From Alphaproteobacteria bacterium UBA3612 (GTDB taxonomy: Bacteria > Pseudomonadota > Alphaproteobacteria > Sphingomonadales > Sphingomonadaceae): DNA of 64,000 nucleotides. The position numbers and the translations under genes were made by a program. The notes below the pieces were generated by a model. That model saw nothing but the letters and a program-made list of their open reading frames with translations. It ran no database searches and was not told the DNA's origin. The DNA is taken from contig DFLT01000002.1 of assembly GCA_002375465.1 (NCBI GenBank), positions 48,389 to 112,388 of the forward strand, read 5' to 3'. Below, one piece after another: positions 9,352 through 19,824 of this stretch; the first letter of the stretch is position 1; each line of letters opens with the position of its first letter.

Positions 9352-10887
9352 GTGAGCCCGCCAGATCTTTCGTCCGACCCGAGGTCTGCGCGTGGCGCGG
9401 ACACAGCCGCGCTCGCGAAGGGCGGTCGCACGAATTTCTTTGGATTTTTCCTGCGCCTGCTGGCGCGCATCCCCTTCCTGGTCATCGCGGGCCAGCTTTA
9501 CGGTGCCGAGGCGCTGGGCCGATTCGCCTATGCGACGATGGTCGTCGAAATGATGGCGGTGGTCGCGACGCTGGGGCTGCGGCGGGGAATCGCGGCGGAA
9601 TTGGCGAAGGAAAGCCGCCCGCCCGCCCATGTCATCGGCGATGCGCTGCTGCTGGCGGTCGTCCTCGCGTCGGTCGGCGCGTCCATCATGATCGCGATTC
9701 CAGAGATTGTCTTTCCCGCCTCGAAGATCAGCGGACTGGACCGGCTGTTTCCCCTGTCGGCACTGTTCTTTGTCGGGTCTGAGGTAACGCTGGCGGCCCT
9801 TGCCTATCGCCACAATGTGCAGGCGACGGTGAATGCCAGGGCCATTATCGAGCCGTGGACGATTACGATCTTCGCGGCGCTTCTGGCGTTCATTCCCGCG
9901 TGGAAGCCGGACGCGCTGATCATCGCCTATGCGGTGTCGATGTTCGCGGCCTTCGTCGCGTCGGTGATACCCTGCATCCGCATGTACGGCCTGCCGCGTC
10001 ATTGGCGCCCGCAACCGGCACAACTGTTCCTGATGATGAAGGAAAACTGGCCGCTGGCGGGGGCGGACACGGTCGACTGGGCGATGCGCAGGGTCGACAT
10101 CATCATCCTGGGGCAGTTCGCGACGCCCACCGTTCTCGGCATCTATTATGTTGCGCAGCAATTTGCGTCCTTGCCGCAAAAGCTGAAGGTGACATTCGAT
10201 CCGATTCTCGCCCCCGTGATTGCGCATGGCGTGAAGGAGAAGAACTATGGAAATATTGCGCAGCAATTGCGGCAGGTAGGGTTCTGGATCATCTCCGCGC
10301 AGCTGGGTATTGCGCTGTGCTTGGGCTTCGTGGGCGAGGTCAGCATGGAGGTGGTTGGCGAAGGGTTTGGCGCGGGCGCAGGCGTATTGTTCCTGCTGCT
10401 GGCCGCGGAGGTTTTTTACGTCACCGCTGCGATCAGCGAGAGCGCGCTGGTCTATATGGCGCGGCACCGCAATCTGATCGCGTCCCTGATCGCGCTCGGT
10501 GCGCAGATCGTCATGACGCTGGGCTTCATTCAACTATTCGACGTGGTTTTTCCGGACGTGGCGGAAAATCGGCCGGTACAGGGGATCGGTGCCGCCCTGG
10601 CGCTGGCGCTTGCTGCCCTGCTGGCCAGCATATTGAAGGTGGTCTTGCTGCACCATCTGATCCCTGAACGCGTCAGCGGGCTGCGCTGGGTCTATCTGCC
10701 CGTGACGGCGGTAACGGCGGCGGCAGGCTTTGCCTCCATGCACTTTCTGCCAGCTTTCTGGCAGATAGCGGTTGGGTTACCCTTGCTGATCGCCATCTAT
10801 GGCGGACTGATGTGGACGTTCGGTTTCAAGGGAGCCGACCGCCTGCTGTTTTCCCGCCTGTCGCAAGCAAAGGAATCCGAAACATGA
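9352..10887 (+). CDS. Polysaccharide/oligosaccharide flippase-like membrane protein (MOP/Wzx-type)
   Basis: 511 aa and multi-TM throughout, resembling polysaccharide biosynthesis protein families. GTG start. Divergent from the PBP gene. Confidence 0.65.
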   Translation: MSPPDLSSDPRSARGADTAALAKGGRTNFFGFFLRLLARIPFLVIAGQLYGAEALGRFAYATMVVEMMAVVATLGLRRGIAAELAKESRPPAHVIGDALLLAVVLASVGASIMIAIPEIVFPASKISGLDRLFPLSALFFVGSEVTLAALAYRHNVQATVNARAIIEPWTITIFAALLAFIPAWKPDALIIAYAVSMFAAFVASVIPCIRMYGLPRHWRPQPAQLFLMMKENWPLAGADTVDWAMRRVDIIILGQFATPTVLGIYYVAQQFASLPQKLKVTFDPILAPVIAHGVKEKNYGNIAQQLRQVGFWIISAQLGIALCLGFVGEVSMEVVGEGFGAGAGVLFLLLAAEVFYVTAAISESALVYMARHRNLIASLIALGAQIVMTLGFIQLFDVVFPDVAENRPVQGIGAALALALAALLASILKVVLLHHLIPERVSGLRWVYLPVTAVTAAAGFASMHFLPAFWQIAVGLPLLIAIYGGLMWTFGFKGADRLLFSRLSQAKESET

Positions 10888-11882
10888 CCAGAACCAGCGT
10901 CCATCTCGTCAACCGCCCCAGCGGCATGGTCGAGCCTTCAGATTTCGAAGTTCGCGAAGGCGATATACCGTCCCCTGCAGAGGGCGAAGTGCTGGTGAAG
11001 GTCAGCCATATTTCGCTGGATCCGGCCATGCGCGGCTGGATGAACGAGGGCAAGAGCTACATTGCGCCCGTGGGCCTGGGCGACGTGATGCGCGCCGGCG
11101 CCGTGGGCGAGGTTCTGGAATCGGGGGCCGCCGGTTTTCAGAAGGGCGACTGGGTCCAGGGCACGCTGGGTGTGCAGACCCATGCGCTGGTAAAGGGCAA
11201 TGAATTGACGAAGGTCGACACCTCTTCCGTGCCGCCGGAGCGCTATCTTTCCGCGTTGGGCATGCCGGGGCTGACTGCCTATTTCGGTCTTCTGGAAGTC
11301 GGCGCCCTGAAAGAGGGTGAGACGGTCGTCGTTTCCGCCGCTTCGGGCGCGGTAGGCGCGATCGTTTGCCAGATCGCCAAGCTGAAGGGTGCGCGTGTCG
11401 TCGGCCTGGCCGGCAGCGAAGAGAAATGCGCCTATCTGACCGATACGCTCGGCATCGATGCGGCGATCAACTACAAGACGGAGAATGTGACCAAGGCAAT
11501 GGCCGCCGCCTGTCCAAAGGGCGTCGATGTCTACTTCGACAATGTCGGCGGCGAAATCCTGGAAGCGGCGATGAGCCTGCTTGCCCGCCACGGCCGCATC
11601 GTCATTTGCGGTGCCATTTCGGGCTATAATGATTTCGGCGCCATTCGCGGTCCGCGCAATTACATGAACCTTCTGGTGCAGCATGGCCGTATGGAAGGGT
11701 TCGTCGTCTTCGATTATCACGATCGTTATGGCGAAGGCGTGGCCCAACTGGCGAAATGGCTGTCAGAGGGGAAGATCGAGGCAAAGGAGGACGTGCGCGA
11801 GGGCGGCGTCCGGCGCTACGTCGACACCCTCAACCTTCTGTTCAGCGGCGAGAACTTTGGGAAGCTGGTGCTGAAGGCCTGA
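10884..11882 (+). CDS. NADP-dependent oxidoreductase, medium-chain dehydrogenase/reductase family (YncB/CurA-like)
   Basis: ATG at 10884 overlaps the upstream stop (ATGA). Nucleotide-binding motif AASGAVGAIVCQIAKLKGARVVGLAGSEEK. Confidence 0.85.
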   Translation: MTRTSVHLVNRPSGMVEPSDFEVREGDIPSPAEGEVLVKVSHISLDPAMRGWMNEGKSYIAPVGLGDVMRAGAVGEVLESGAAGFQKGDWVQGTLGVQTHALVKGNELTKVDTSSVPPERYLSALGMPGLTAYFGLLEVGALKEGETVVVSAASGAVGAIVCQIAKLKGARVVGLAGSEEKCAYLTDTLGIDAAINYKTENVTKAMAAACPKGVDVYFDNVGGEILEAAMSLLARHGRIVICGAISGYNDFGAIRGPRNYMNLLVQHGRMEGFVVFDYHDRYGEGVAQLAKWLSEGKIEAKEDVREGGVRRYVDTLNLLFSGENFGKLVLKA

Positions 11883-12060
11883 CGCCGCCGCAGTTGGCAT
11901 ACACCGGACGTTCGCAGGTCATGTCGAACTGGCGGATTATCGGATCCGCCAGTTCGCTTTGCGTGACGTGCAGCGTTGCACGAGATGGAATGTCGCGCCA
12001 TTTGCGTTCTGCGTCATACCCCATATTGAGTATTGGCGACTTTTTCTTTTCGGAGCCAAT

Positions 12061-13800
12061 ATGACCGAGCGCCCGTCGAGCACTGTGAGTTCCCACAGCG
12101 ACCGCGATCTCGATCTCGACATCCTCGCCTCGACCTATCGAACGGTTAGCGATTCCAGTGCGTTCGAACATATGGTGGCCGCATGGGGCCGAAAGCTGGA
12201 GGCCGCCGCCTCGCCCGACGGCGATCTGGAGGTCGATCCCGCGCTGCGTCACCAGATTGATGGGGTTCGCGGTCTGTTCGCCAGTGCGCTGCCGCCCGAT
12301 CCCGAAGATCCGCTGGATAGGGCGGTCAATCTGGTATCCGCGCCCGCCATGGTGTTGTCGCCTCGCGGAGTTCTCGTGCTGCAAAATGAAGCGGCGCGCG
12401 GCGCCTTTGGCTTGAAACAGGGCCGCGGCAGCGGGCGCGAATGGCTCGATCCTTCGTCTGTTGCCGATTATGATTCGGTTTGCCGCAGCGTCTTGATAGG
12501 CGGCAATCGCCAGCATGCCATTATTCGGACTGTCGACCGAAACGACCGCCGGGGGATGGCGGAACTTTACGTGCAGATGCACGATGAGGGGCGCCAGGCT
12601 TATCTGGTGGTCCGCTCCCTCGACTTGGAATGGTCGGACGCCGTCGCGACGGTCCTCAGCCAGGCGTTCGACCTGACCCGTGCCGAAATCGAAATCACGC
12701 AATTGCTGTTTGCGACACGCGATACCGCGCAGATTGCCGAACGCAGGGGGGCATCCGTTCACACCGTACGGACGCAGCTGAAGACGATCTTTCACAAGAC
12801 CGACACGGCCAGCCAGGTCGATCTGGTGCGGTTGGTGGCGATGCTGTGTGCACGTGCCGATCTGGGAAAACGCGGTACGAAGAGCGCCTGGCGGGATGCG
12901 CTGGGCCATGAAGTCATCCTGACCCGCGCCGATGGACGCCGCCTTGCCTATAGTTGGATGGGCGCGGAGGGGGGCAGGCCAGCGCTGATCGTGCATGGCA
13001 TGACGGTCGGCTATCTGCTGGCGGAAACGGTCATGCAGCGGCTCGCCGAAGAGAATATACAGCTGTTCGCCATACAGCGGCCCGGATCCGGCAATAGCGA
13101 TTCCGATCCGGACTCCGACCCGCAGGAGGAACAATGCGAGGCGATCCGGTTCCTGATCGAGGAATTGGGCATTCGCGGCGCAACCGGCATCGGCTTGACG
13201 GGCAGCGGTGCGACCCTGATCGAACTGGCGACGCGCGATGCCGGCCTGTTCGGCAGTATCCTGACGGCAGGCTATATCCTGCCCATGACGCCCGAGCGCG
13301 TATCACGCATGGCCCTGATCCAGCGCACAATGCTGGCCAGCGCGCGGCGCGCGCCCTGGATCACCCAGATCATCGCGCAGGCGGGCATTCGCAGCATAGA
13401 GCGGCACGGCGTCGACTGGTATCTGGAGCGGGCCTATGCGGAATCGCCCGTGGACCTGGAGGTGTTCCGCAATCCTGAGCTGACACCGTTGCTGCGAAAT
13501 GCCTGCGCCCTAACGACGACTCAAGGGCATCAAAGCTTCGTTCGGGATCTGCAACGGACCTGGAACGACGTGGCCGATCACGTCCATCTGCTGACGACGC
13601 CGACCCATTGTCTTTTCGGATCGAAGGACCGATCCTTTTCACAGCAGGAAATCGACGGCTTCGTTGCGAAAAGCCCTGCCATGACGGCAGAGATCGTTCC
13701 CGGTGCTGGCGAGCTTCTGATCTATCAGCAGCCCGACCTTCTGGCGCAGAGGATCGTGGAAGCGGCGGAGCGGGCGACGTCCGAACCGGCGGCGGTTTAG
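12061..13800 (+). CDS. LuxR-type HTH regulator fused to a C-terminal alpha/beta-hydrolase-fold domain
   Basis: ATG at 12061 (MTERPSS). The LuxR HTH is [55 protein letters not shown]. The C-terminal ~290 aa have alpha/beta-hydrolase-like spacing ([10 protein letters not shown]..., GLTGSGA). Confidence 0.7.
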   Translation: MTERPSSTVSSHSDRDLDLDILASTYRTVSDSSAFEHMVAAWGRKLEAAASPDGDLEVDPALRHQIDGVRGLFASALPPDPEDPLDRAVNLVSAPAMVLSPRGVLVLQNEAARGAFGLKQGRGSGREWLDPSSVADYDSVCRSVLIGGNRQHAIIRTVDRNDRRGMAELYVQMHDEGRQAYLVVRSLDLEWSDAVATVLSQAFDLTRAEIEITQLLFATRDTAQIAERRGASVHTVRTQLKTIFHKTDTASQVDLVRLVAMLCARADLGKRGTKSAWRDALGHEVILTRADGRRLAYSWMGAEGGRPALIVHGMTVGYLLAETVMQRLAEENIQLFAIQRPGSGNSDSDPDSDPQEEQCEAIRFLIEELGIRGATGIGLTGSGATLIELATRDAGLFGSILTAGYILPMTPERVSRMALIQRTMLASARRAPWITQIIAQAGIRSIERHGVDWYLERAYAESPVDLEVFRNPELTPLLRNACALTTTQGHQSFVRDLQRTWNDVADHVHLLTTPTHCLFGSKDRSFSQQEIDGFVAKSPAMTAEIVPGAGELLIYQQPDLLAQRIVEAAERATSEPAAV

Positions 13801-15077
13801 TCGCCGCTGACGCGCTCTATATCGGCACCCACTGCGCTCAGCTTTTCCTCCAGCCTCTCATAGCCGCGGTCGAGGTGGTGGACGCGCAGCACCTGCGTCT
13901 CGCCCTTTGCCGCCAGACCGGCGATGACGAGGCTCATGGAGGCGCGCAGATCGGTCGCCATCACGGGCGCACCGGTCAGTTCCTTTACGCCGCGCACGGT
14001 GGCGGTACGTCCCGCCACCTGAATATTGGCGCCCATGCGCTCCAGCTCCCCGACGTGCATGTAGCGGTTCTCGAAGATGGTTTCGGTCAGCACGCTGGAC
14101 CCGTTCGCCAGCGACAGCATTGCCATCATCTGCGCCTGCATGTCGGTGGGGAAGTCCGGAAAAGGCTGCGTTTCGATGTCGACCGGACTGATGCGGCCCG
14201 TTGACGACACGCGAATGCCGTTTTCCGTCGTTTCTATGGCGACGCCTGCTGCCTCCAGCTTTTCGATCACGGCGCCGAAGGTTTCCGGCAGCGCGCCGAC
14301 CAGTTCGACATCACCGCCGGTTATGGCCGCGGCGCAGGCATAGCTGCCCGCTTCGATACGGTCCGACATCACCGAATAGGTGTCGCCGTGCAGGCGGGTG
14401 ACGCCCTTGATGATGAGGGTGGAGGTGCCAACCCCTGAAATCTTCGCGCCCATGCCAATCAGGCACTGGGCAAGATCGGTGATTTCCGGTTCTTGCGCGG
14501 CATTCTCGATGATCGTTTCGCCATCGGCCAATGTCGCCGCCATCAGCGCGTTTTCCGTGGCGCCCACCGACACGATCGGAAAGACGATATGACCGCCCTT
14601 CAATCCTGATTTCGTGGTCGCGGTCACGAACCGCTGACCGATATTGATCTCCGCGCCCAGCGCCTCCATTGCCTTCAGGTGCAGGTCGATGGGACGCGCG
14701 CCGATCTCGCAACCGCCGGGCAGCGGCACCCGCGCCTCGCCGCAACGCGCGAGCAGCGGACCCAGGACCAGGACGGATGCCCGCATCTTGCGATTGATGT
14801 CGGCGGGGGCCTCTGTCGAGGTGATGCGGCCCGCCTTCAGCGTCATGACGCGACCGAAAACTTCGGGCCGCTTCCCCTCGATCTCCGTGGAAACGCCCAG
14901 CTGATTGACGAGGTGGCCGAACGTATCGACATCCGCCAGCCGTGGAAGATTGCGCAGTGTCAGCGGTTCTTCCGTCAGCAGCGCGGCGGGGATCAGGGTC
15001 AGTGCGGCGTTCTTCGCGCCTGAAATCTGGATCTTTCCGGAAAGGGGATTGCCCCCCTTGATGATGATCTTGTCCAT
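13797..15077 (-). CDS. murA: UDP-N-acetylglucosamine 1-carboxyvinyltransferase
   Basis: 426 aa. [34 protein letters not shown]... is the canonical MurA N-terminus and the similarity appears to run full length. Confidence 0.95.
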   Translation of the reverse strand: MDKIIIKGGNPLSGKIQISGAKNAALTLIPAALLTEEPLTLRNLPRLADVDTFGHLVNQLGVSTEIEGKRPEVFGRVMTLKAGRITSTEAPADINRKMRASVLVLGPLLARCGEARVPLPGGCEIGARPIDLHLKAMEALGAEINIGQRFVTATTKSGLKGGHIVFPIVSVGATENALMAATLADGETIIENAAQEPEITDLAQCLIGMGAKISGVGTSTLIIKGVTRLHGDTYSVMSDRIEAGSYACAAAITGGDVELVGALPETFGAVIEKLEAAGVAIETTENGIRVSSTGRISPVDIETQPFPDFPTDMQAQMMAMLSLANGSSVLTETIFENRYMHVGELERMGANIQVAGRTATVRGVKELTGAPVMATDLRASMSLVIAGLAAKGETQVLRVHHLDRGYERLEEKLSAVGADIERVSGD

Positions 15078-15099
15078 TTATCTTCCGTACCGGCTTCGT

Positions 15100-16017
15100 T
15101 CACCCGGCCTTAGCGAGCCGCTGCCGTCGGCGAAACCCGCCGATGGAGAAGACCAGCAATCCCAGCCAGATCAGCGCGAACGCACCCAAGCGGCTGGCGC
15201 TAAGCGGCTCGTCATAAACGAACGCGCCGAGCAGAAAGACTGTCGAGGGTGCGATATATTGCATGAACCCCAGCGTCGTCAGCGTCACGCGCCGCGCGGC
15301 ATGGCCGAACAATGCCAGCGGGATGGAGGTGGCGATCCCCGATCCGATCAGGAGCAAGGTCATCGTCGGCGCTTGCGAAAATATGCCGCCGCCGTGAATT
15401 TCCAGCCACCAGAGCGCGACAGGGGCCAGAAAGGCGGTTTCAATGAAAAGCCCGGTCAGCGCATCGACGTCCGCCCTGTTCCTGGCATAGCTGTAAAGGG
15501 CAAAGGCCAGCGCAAGACCCAATGAAATCAGTGGCAGGCCACCATTGGCGACGGTCATCAACGCGATTCCGGCCAGTGCGAGGATCGTCGAGGCGATGCG
15601 CCATTTGCCCATTGTCTCGCCCAGCAAGATGACGCCGAGCGCGGTGTTGAGGATAGGCTGGATGAAATAGCCGAGGCTGGTGTCGAGCACGCGCTCATTA
15701 AGCACGGCCCAGGTGTATAGATACCAGTTCAGGCCGATCATCGTGGCGGAAAACAGCAGCCACAAAAGCAGTTTGACGTTCTTTAGCGCGCGCAGCAAAG
15801 CGGGCGTTTTCCGCAGGATGAGGGTTACGGCTGCCAGCAGGATGGCCGACCAGAATACCCGGTGCGCCAGGACGGCGGCGGCACCGATCCCTTCGAACAG
15901 TTTCAGATAGACCGGCATCAGGCCCCACAGCAGATAGGCGCCCAGACCGGCATAAAGGCCGGACATGTCCCTTGCCGGGGCGGCATCGGAGGCAGGGGTG
16001 ACCGGCTGTTCGCGCAT
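15100..16017 (-). CDS. rarD: EamA/RarD family transporter
   Basis: 305 aa with about 10 TM segments. RarD-like N-terminus GLYAGLGAYLLWGLMPVYLKL. Confidence 0.8.
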   Translation of the reverse strand: MREQPVTPASDAAPARDMSGLYAGLGAYLLWGLMPVYLKLFEGIGAAAVLAHRVFWSAILLAAVTLILRKTPALLRALKNVKLLLWLLFSATMIGLNWYLYTWAVLNERVLDTSLGYFIQPILNTALGVILLGETMGKWRIASTILALAGIALMTVANGGLPLISLGLALAFALYSYARNRADVDALTGLFIETAFLAPVALWWLEIHGGGIFSQAPTMTLLLIGSGIATSIPLALFGHAARRVTLTTLGFMQYIAPSTVFLLGAFVYDEPLSASRLGAFALIWLGLLVFSIGGFRRRQRLAKAG

Positions 16018-16079
16018 CGCGCCCGCCTAAGCCCGGTTCAACCTCTCGTCGATGGCGTATCGTGCGCGCAAAAAAGCTG

Positions 16080-16361
16080 TCACACGGTGGGGCGCTTGGT
16101 AAAGCCTTCCCCCTCGGGAATGTCGGCGTCGCTGACGGCAATATCGGTCACGTTCGCCCGCTCAGGACCCGATTTCATTTTCTCGATCATCTGGGCAAGT
16201 GTGCCGGGCTCGCCGCACAGCAGCGCCTCGACCGTGCCATCCTTTCGATTGCGGACCCAACCCGAAACGCCCAGCGCATTGGCGGTTTCAACGGTCCAAT
16301 TGCGAAAGAACACCCCCTGTACGCGTCCGCTGACCACCGCTCTTTTGCAGCTATCGCTCAT
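16080..16361 (-). CDS. acyP: Acylphosphatase
   Basis: 93 aa. VSGRVQGVFFRNWT...GWVRNRKDGTVE signature. Confidence 0.9.
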   Translation of the reverse strand: MSDSCKRAVVSGRVQGVFFRNWTVETANALGVSGWVRNRKDGTVEALLCGEPGTLAQMIEKMKSGPERANVTDIAVSDADIPEGEGFTKRPTV

Positions 16362-16369
16362 CTTTTACC

Positions 16370-17605
16370 TCAAACATCGTCGTCGGATTCATATTCCTCG
16401 ACGTCGATTTCGCCCATCATGTGCCCGACCGCAACCGCCACGGCGGCGTCGCCGGTGATGTTCGTCATGGTGCGCATCATGTCCATGATACGGTCGATGC
16501 CCGCCACCAGCGCAATGGTTTCCATGGGAATGCCCGCCACGCCGAACACCAGCCCCATCATGATCAGGCCAGACCCCGGAACACCCGCCGCGCCGACCGC
16601 GCCAATGGTGCCAGTGATGGCGATCAGCAGATATTCGGTGACGCCCAGTTCTACGCCGAAAACCTGCGCGCCGAACAGGCTGGCCAGCCCCATATACATG
16701 GCCGTACCGTTCATGTTGATGGTGGCGCCCAGCGACAGGACGAAGCTGGAGACGGAGCGCGAAACGCCCAGGTTCCGCTGCGTACAGCGCATGCTGACCG
16801 GCAGGGTCGCGTTGGAACTGGCGGTCGAATAGGCGACCGCCTGCGCATCCAGAATGCCGCGAAAGAAATCCAGGATCGGCAATTTGGTAAACAGCTTTAT
16901 GATCGCCGGGTAGACCAGCACGATGATCAGCGCGCAGCCAAAATAGTTCAGACCCACGACCTTCGCCAGCGGCAGCAGGGCATCGGTGCCGAATGTGCCC
17001 GCGACCCAGGCCATCAGGGCAAAGACGCCGAAGGGCGTCAATTCCATCACGATCAGGGTCATCTTCTGCATGATGATCGCGCCTGAATCCATCGCCTTCA
17101 CCATGGGCAGGCCCGCCTCGCCGGCCAGGAGAATGCCGATCCCGAACAATATCGCAAAGGTGATCAGGGGCAGGACGTCACCCGTCGCCATGACGTCGAT
17201 GACGTTCTCTGGCACGAAGCGCAGGATCATGTCCGTGGGATCGAATGTTTCCGTCGACGGGGTGAAACTGTCAGGCAGCGGTATGGACAGACCTGCGCCG
17301 GGTTGCAGAACGGTACCGAGCCCCAGTCCAAGCCCAACGCTGATTGCGCCGGTGACCATGAACAGCAGCAGCGACCTGCCGCCGACAGCCCCCAGCTTTC
17401 TCAGGTCGCCAATGGCGCAGACGCCCGCCACCAGGCTGAAGAAAATCAGCGGCACGACCAGCATCTTGATCGCCTTGATGAACAGGTCGCCGATCCATTT
17501 GATGGATTCCGCCTCCGGCCCCCAGGCCAGGCCCGTGATAACGCCTAGCAGCAAGGCCGCGACGACGCGCTGCCACAAGGGTATGGCGAACCAGATTTTC
17601 GTCAT
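16370..17605 (-). CDS. Dicarboxylate/amino acid:cation symporter (DAACS family)
   Basis: 411 aa. Motifs of the GltP/DctA family are present (SSNATLPV, NMNGTAMY, DRIMDMMRTMTNITGD). Confidence 0.9.
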   Translation of the reverse strand: MTKIWFAIPLWQRVVAALLLGVITGLAWGPEAESIKWIGDLFIKAIKMLVVPLIFFSLVAGVCAIGDLRKLGAVGGRSLLLFMVTGAISVGLGLGLGTVLQPGAGLSIPLPDSFTPSTETFDPTDMILRFVPENVIDVMATGDVLPLITFAILFGIGILLAGEAGLPMVKAMDSGAIIMQKMTLIVMELTPFGVFALMAWVAGTFGTDALLPLAKVVGLNYFGCALIIVLVYPAIIKLFTKLPILDFFRGILDAQAVAYSTASSNATLPVSMRCTQRNLGVSRSVSSFVLSLGATINMNGTAMYMGLASLFGAQVFGVELGVTEYLLIAITGTIGAVGAAGVPGSGLIMMGLVFGVAGIPMETIALVAGIDRIMDMMRTMTNITGDAAVAVAVGHMMGEIDVEEYESDDDV

Positions 17606-17686
17606 TTTAGATGCCCATCCCCCGAACTCCTGCGTGGCCCTTCTTCATAGTCCTCTGGCGCGATGGCAAGACCGGGTTTCGGATGG

Positions 17687-19747
17687 TCAGCCGCCCGGCA
17701 TGTTGCGGTCCAGCTCTTGCAGGAAAGCCGCCGCCGTCCCGTCCGAAGGCGCACGCCAGTCCCCGCGCGGGCTGAGGCTGCCGCCGCCCGACACTTTCGG
17801 ACCATTGGGCAGGGCGGAGCGTTTGAATTGCGCGAAGCCGAAATAGCGCTTCAGGAACTCCCTCAGCCATTTCTCGATCGTGTCCAGATCATATTCGTGG
17901 CGGTCGCTTTCCGAATGGCCGATCGGCCACACTCCGGAATCCCGATCCCGCCAGGCATGCCACGCCAGAAACGCCACCTTCGAAGGGGCGAGGCCGTAGC
18001 GCAGGATCCAGAACAGGAAGAAATCGTGCAGCGCATAGGGGCCGATGCGATCCTCCGTCGACTGCATCGCGCCGGTATCCTTGTCGGCGGGAACCAGCTC
18101 CGGACTGATTTCGGTCGCCAGAATCCGTTCCAGCACCTCGTCGATTTCCTTGTCGAACTGGTCCGTGCGTTCGCACCAGCGAATCAGATATTTGATCAGC
18201 GTCTTCGGAACACCGGAATTGACGGCATAGTGGCTCATATGGTCGCCGACGCCATAGGTGCACCAGCCGAGCGCAAGCTCCGACATGTCGCCGGTGCCAA
18301 GGACGAACCCCCCATGTTCGCCCGCCAGGCGGAACAGATAATCCGTCCGAAGACCGGCCTGCACATTCTCGAAATTCGTGTCGTAGACTTCCTCTCCATC
18401 GGCGAAGGGATGGCCGATATCGGCAAGCATCTGTTTCGCCGCCGGGCGAATATCGATTTCCTCGGCCGTGCACCCGATTGCCTTCATCAGCGCCCAGGCG
18501 TTTCCCTTCGTGGTCTCGCCCGTTGCAAAGCCGGGCATCGTATAGCCGCGAATATCCGTTCGCGGACGACCGAGCCGGTCCATTGCCTTTGCCGCCACGA
18601 TCAGCGCATGCGTCGAATCGAGGCCGCCCGATATGCCGATGACGATCGATTTGGCGCCGGTCGAGCGGATGCGCTTCGCCAGCCCCTCGACCTGGATGTT
18701 GAATGCCTCGTAGCAATCCTCGTCCAGCAATGCCGGCGTGTTCGGCACATAGGGATAGCGCCAGACGCGGCGTACCAGACCGCGATCCTCGTTCAGATCG
18801 CCATGGGCGAAATGCACCCGGCGGAACCGGTTTTCGGGATCCTGGCTGGCGACGGAGGCGTCGTTGAACGTCGGGGTGCGCATCCGCTCCTGCCGCAGAC
18901 GCGCGACGTCGACATCCGCGAAAACGGTTTCGGCATCCCACTGGAAGCGGGTCGACTCGGCCAGTTCCTTGCCAAGCTCGTAGATCAGACCCTGGCCGTC
19001 CCAGGCCAGATCGGTCGTCGATTCGCCCGGTCCTGCGGCGGAATAGACATAGGCGGCCATGTTGCGCATTGCCGACGCCGCGCACAGCAGCTTTCGGTCG
19101 CGGGATTTGCCAATGACGATGTCCGAGGCGCTGAGATTGCACAGGATCAGCGCGCCCGCCAATGCGCCCTCCGTCGAGGGTTGCACGGGCGACCAATAGT
19201 CCTCGCAAATTTCCAGATGGAAGATGAAATCCGCATAATCCGATGCGGCAAAGATCAGGTCGGTGCCAAACGGAACCTGTTGGCCGCAAAGTTCGATTTC
19301 ATGGCCGGTCACGCCTACACCCATGGCGAACCAGCGCTTTTCATAGAATTCGCGATAATTCGGCAGGAAGCTTTTTGGTACCGCGCCCAGAATGCGGCCG
19401 CGATGTATGGCGAGCGCGCAATTGTAGAGCCGACCGTTGCGCCTGAGCGCCGCGCCGACGCACAGGACCGGGCGCAGATTGACGCTGGCGGCGGTGACGC
19501 TGGCGATCGTCTCCTCCACGGCATCCAGATAGCCATCCTGCAGGTGCAGATCGTCAATGGCGTAGCTGGTCAGGTTGAGTTCCGGATAGACCAGCAGGTC
19601 GATCCTCTTGTCGTGGGCATCCTCTGCGTTTTTTATTGCCTCCGCGGCGTTGGCGGCGGGGTCGCCGGACGTGGCAAGCGGTGTGCAGGCGCCGACCCGG
19701 ACGAGACCGTGCTGGCGAAGCGAGTAAAAGGGGTGGGTTTCGCTCAT
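17687..19747 (-). CDS. nadE: Glutamine-dependent NAD+ synthetase (long form, nitrilase + synthetase domains)
   Basis: 686 aa. The N-terminal CN-hydrolase domain is followed by the ATP pyrophosphatase motif GISGGLDST. Confidence 0.93.
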   Translation of the reverse strand: MSETHPFYSLRQHGLVRVGACTPLATSGDPAANAAEAIKNAEDAHDKRIDLLVYPELNLTSYAIDDLHLQDGYLDAVEETIASVTAASVNLRPVLCVGAALRRNGRLYNCALAIHRGRILGAVPKSFLPNYREFYEKRWFAMGVGVTGHEIELCGQQVPFGTDLIFAASDYADFIFHLEICEDYWSPVQPSTEGALAGALILCNLSASDIVIGKSRDRKLLCAASAMRNMAAYVYSAAGPGESTTDLAWDGQGLIYELGKELAESTRFQWDAETVFADVDVARLRQERMRTPTFNDASVASQDPENRFRRVHFAHGDLNEDRGLVRRVWRYPYVPNTPALLDEDCYEAFNIQVEGLAKRIRSTGAKSIVIGISGGLDSTHALIVAAKAMDRLGRPRTDIRGYTMPGFATGETTKGNAWALMKAIGCTAEEIDIRPAAKQMLADIGHPFADGEEVYDTNFENVQAGLRTDYLFRLAGEHGGFVLGTGDMSELALGWCTYGVGDHMSHYAVNSGVPKTLIKYLIRWCERTDQFDKEIDEVLERILATEISPELVPADKDTGAMQSTEDRIGPYALHDFFLFWILRYGLAPSKVAFLAWHAWRDRDSGVWPIGHSESDRHEYDLDTIEKWLREFLKRYFGFAQFKRSALPNGPKVSGGGSLSPRGDWRAPSDGTAAAFLQELDRNMPGG

Positions 19748-19824
19748 GTGCCGCTCTTTGCCCTGCAGGGATTGAACGGTCCAGTGCGGCGGCGTAGGGT
19801 TGTGCGCGAAAAGGAGGCCCCGCC

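Noticed and set aside
9211-10533. Upstream 440 codons of the 1176-aa minus-strand ORF (7003..10533)
   Set aside because: This part runs antisense to the multi-TM flippase-like gene and is Arg/Gly/Asp/His-rich with no motifs. The recognisable PBP begins at MAKKKS (9210) with its TM anchor. Long antisense ORFs are expected in high-GC DNA.
11842-13134. 430-aa minus-strand ORF
   Set aside because: It is antisense to the LuxR/hydrolase gene and to the end of the oxidoreductase gene. It is a shadow ORF.
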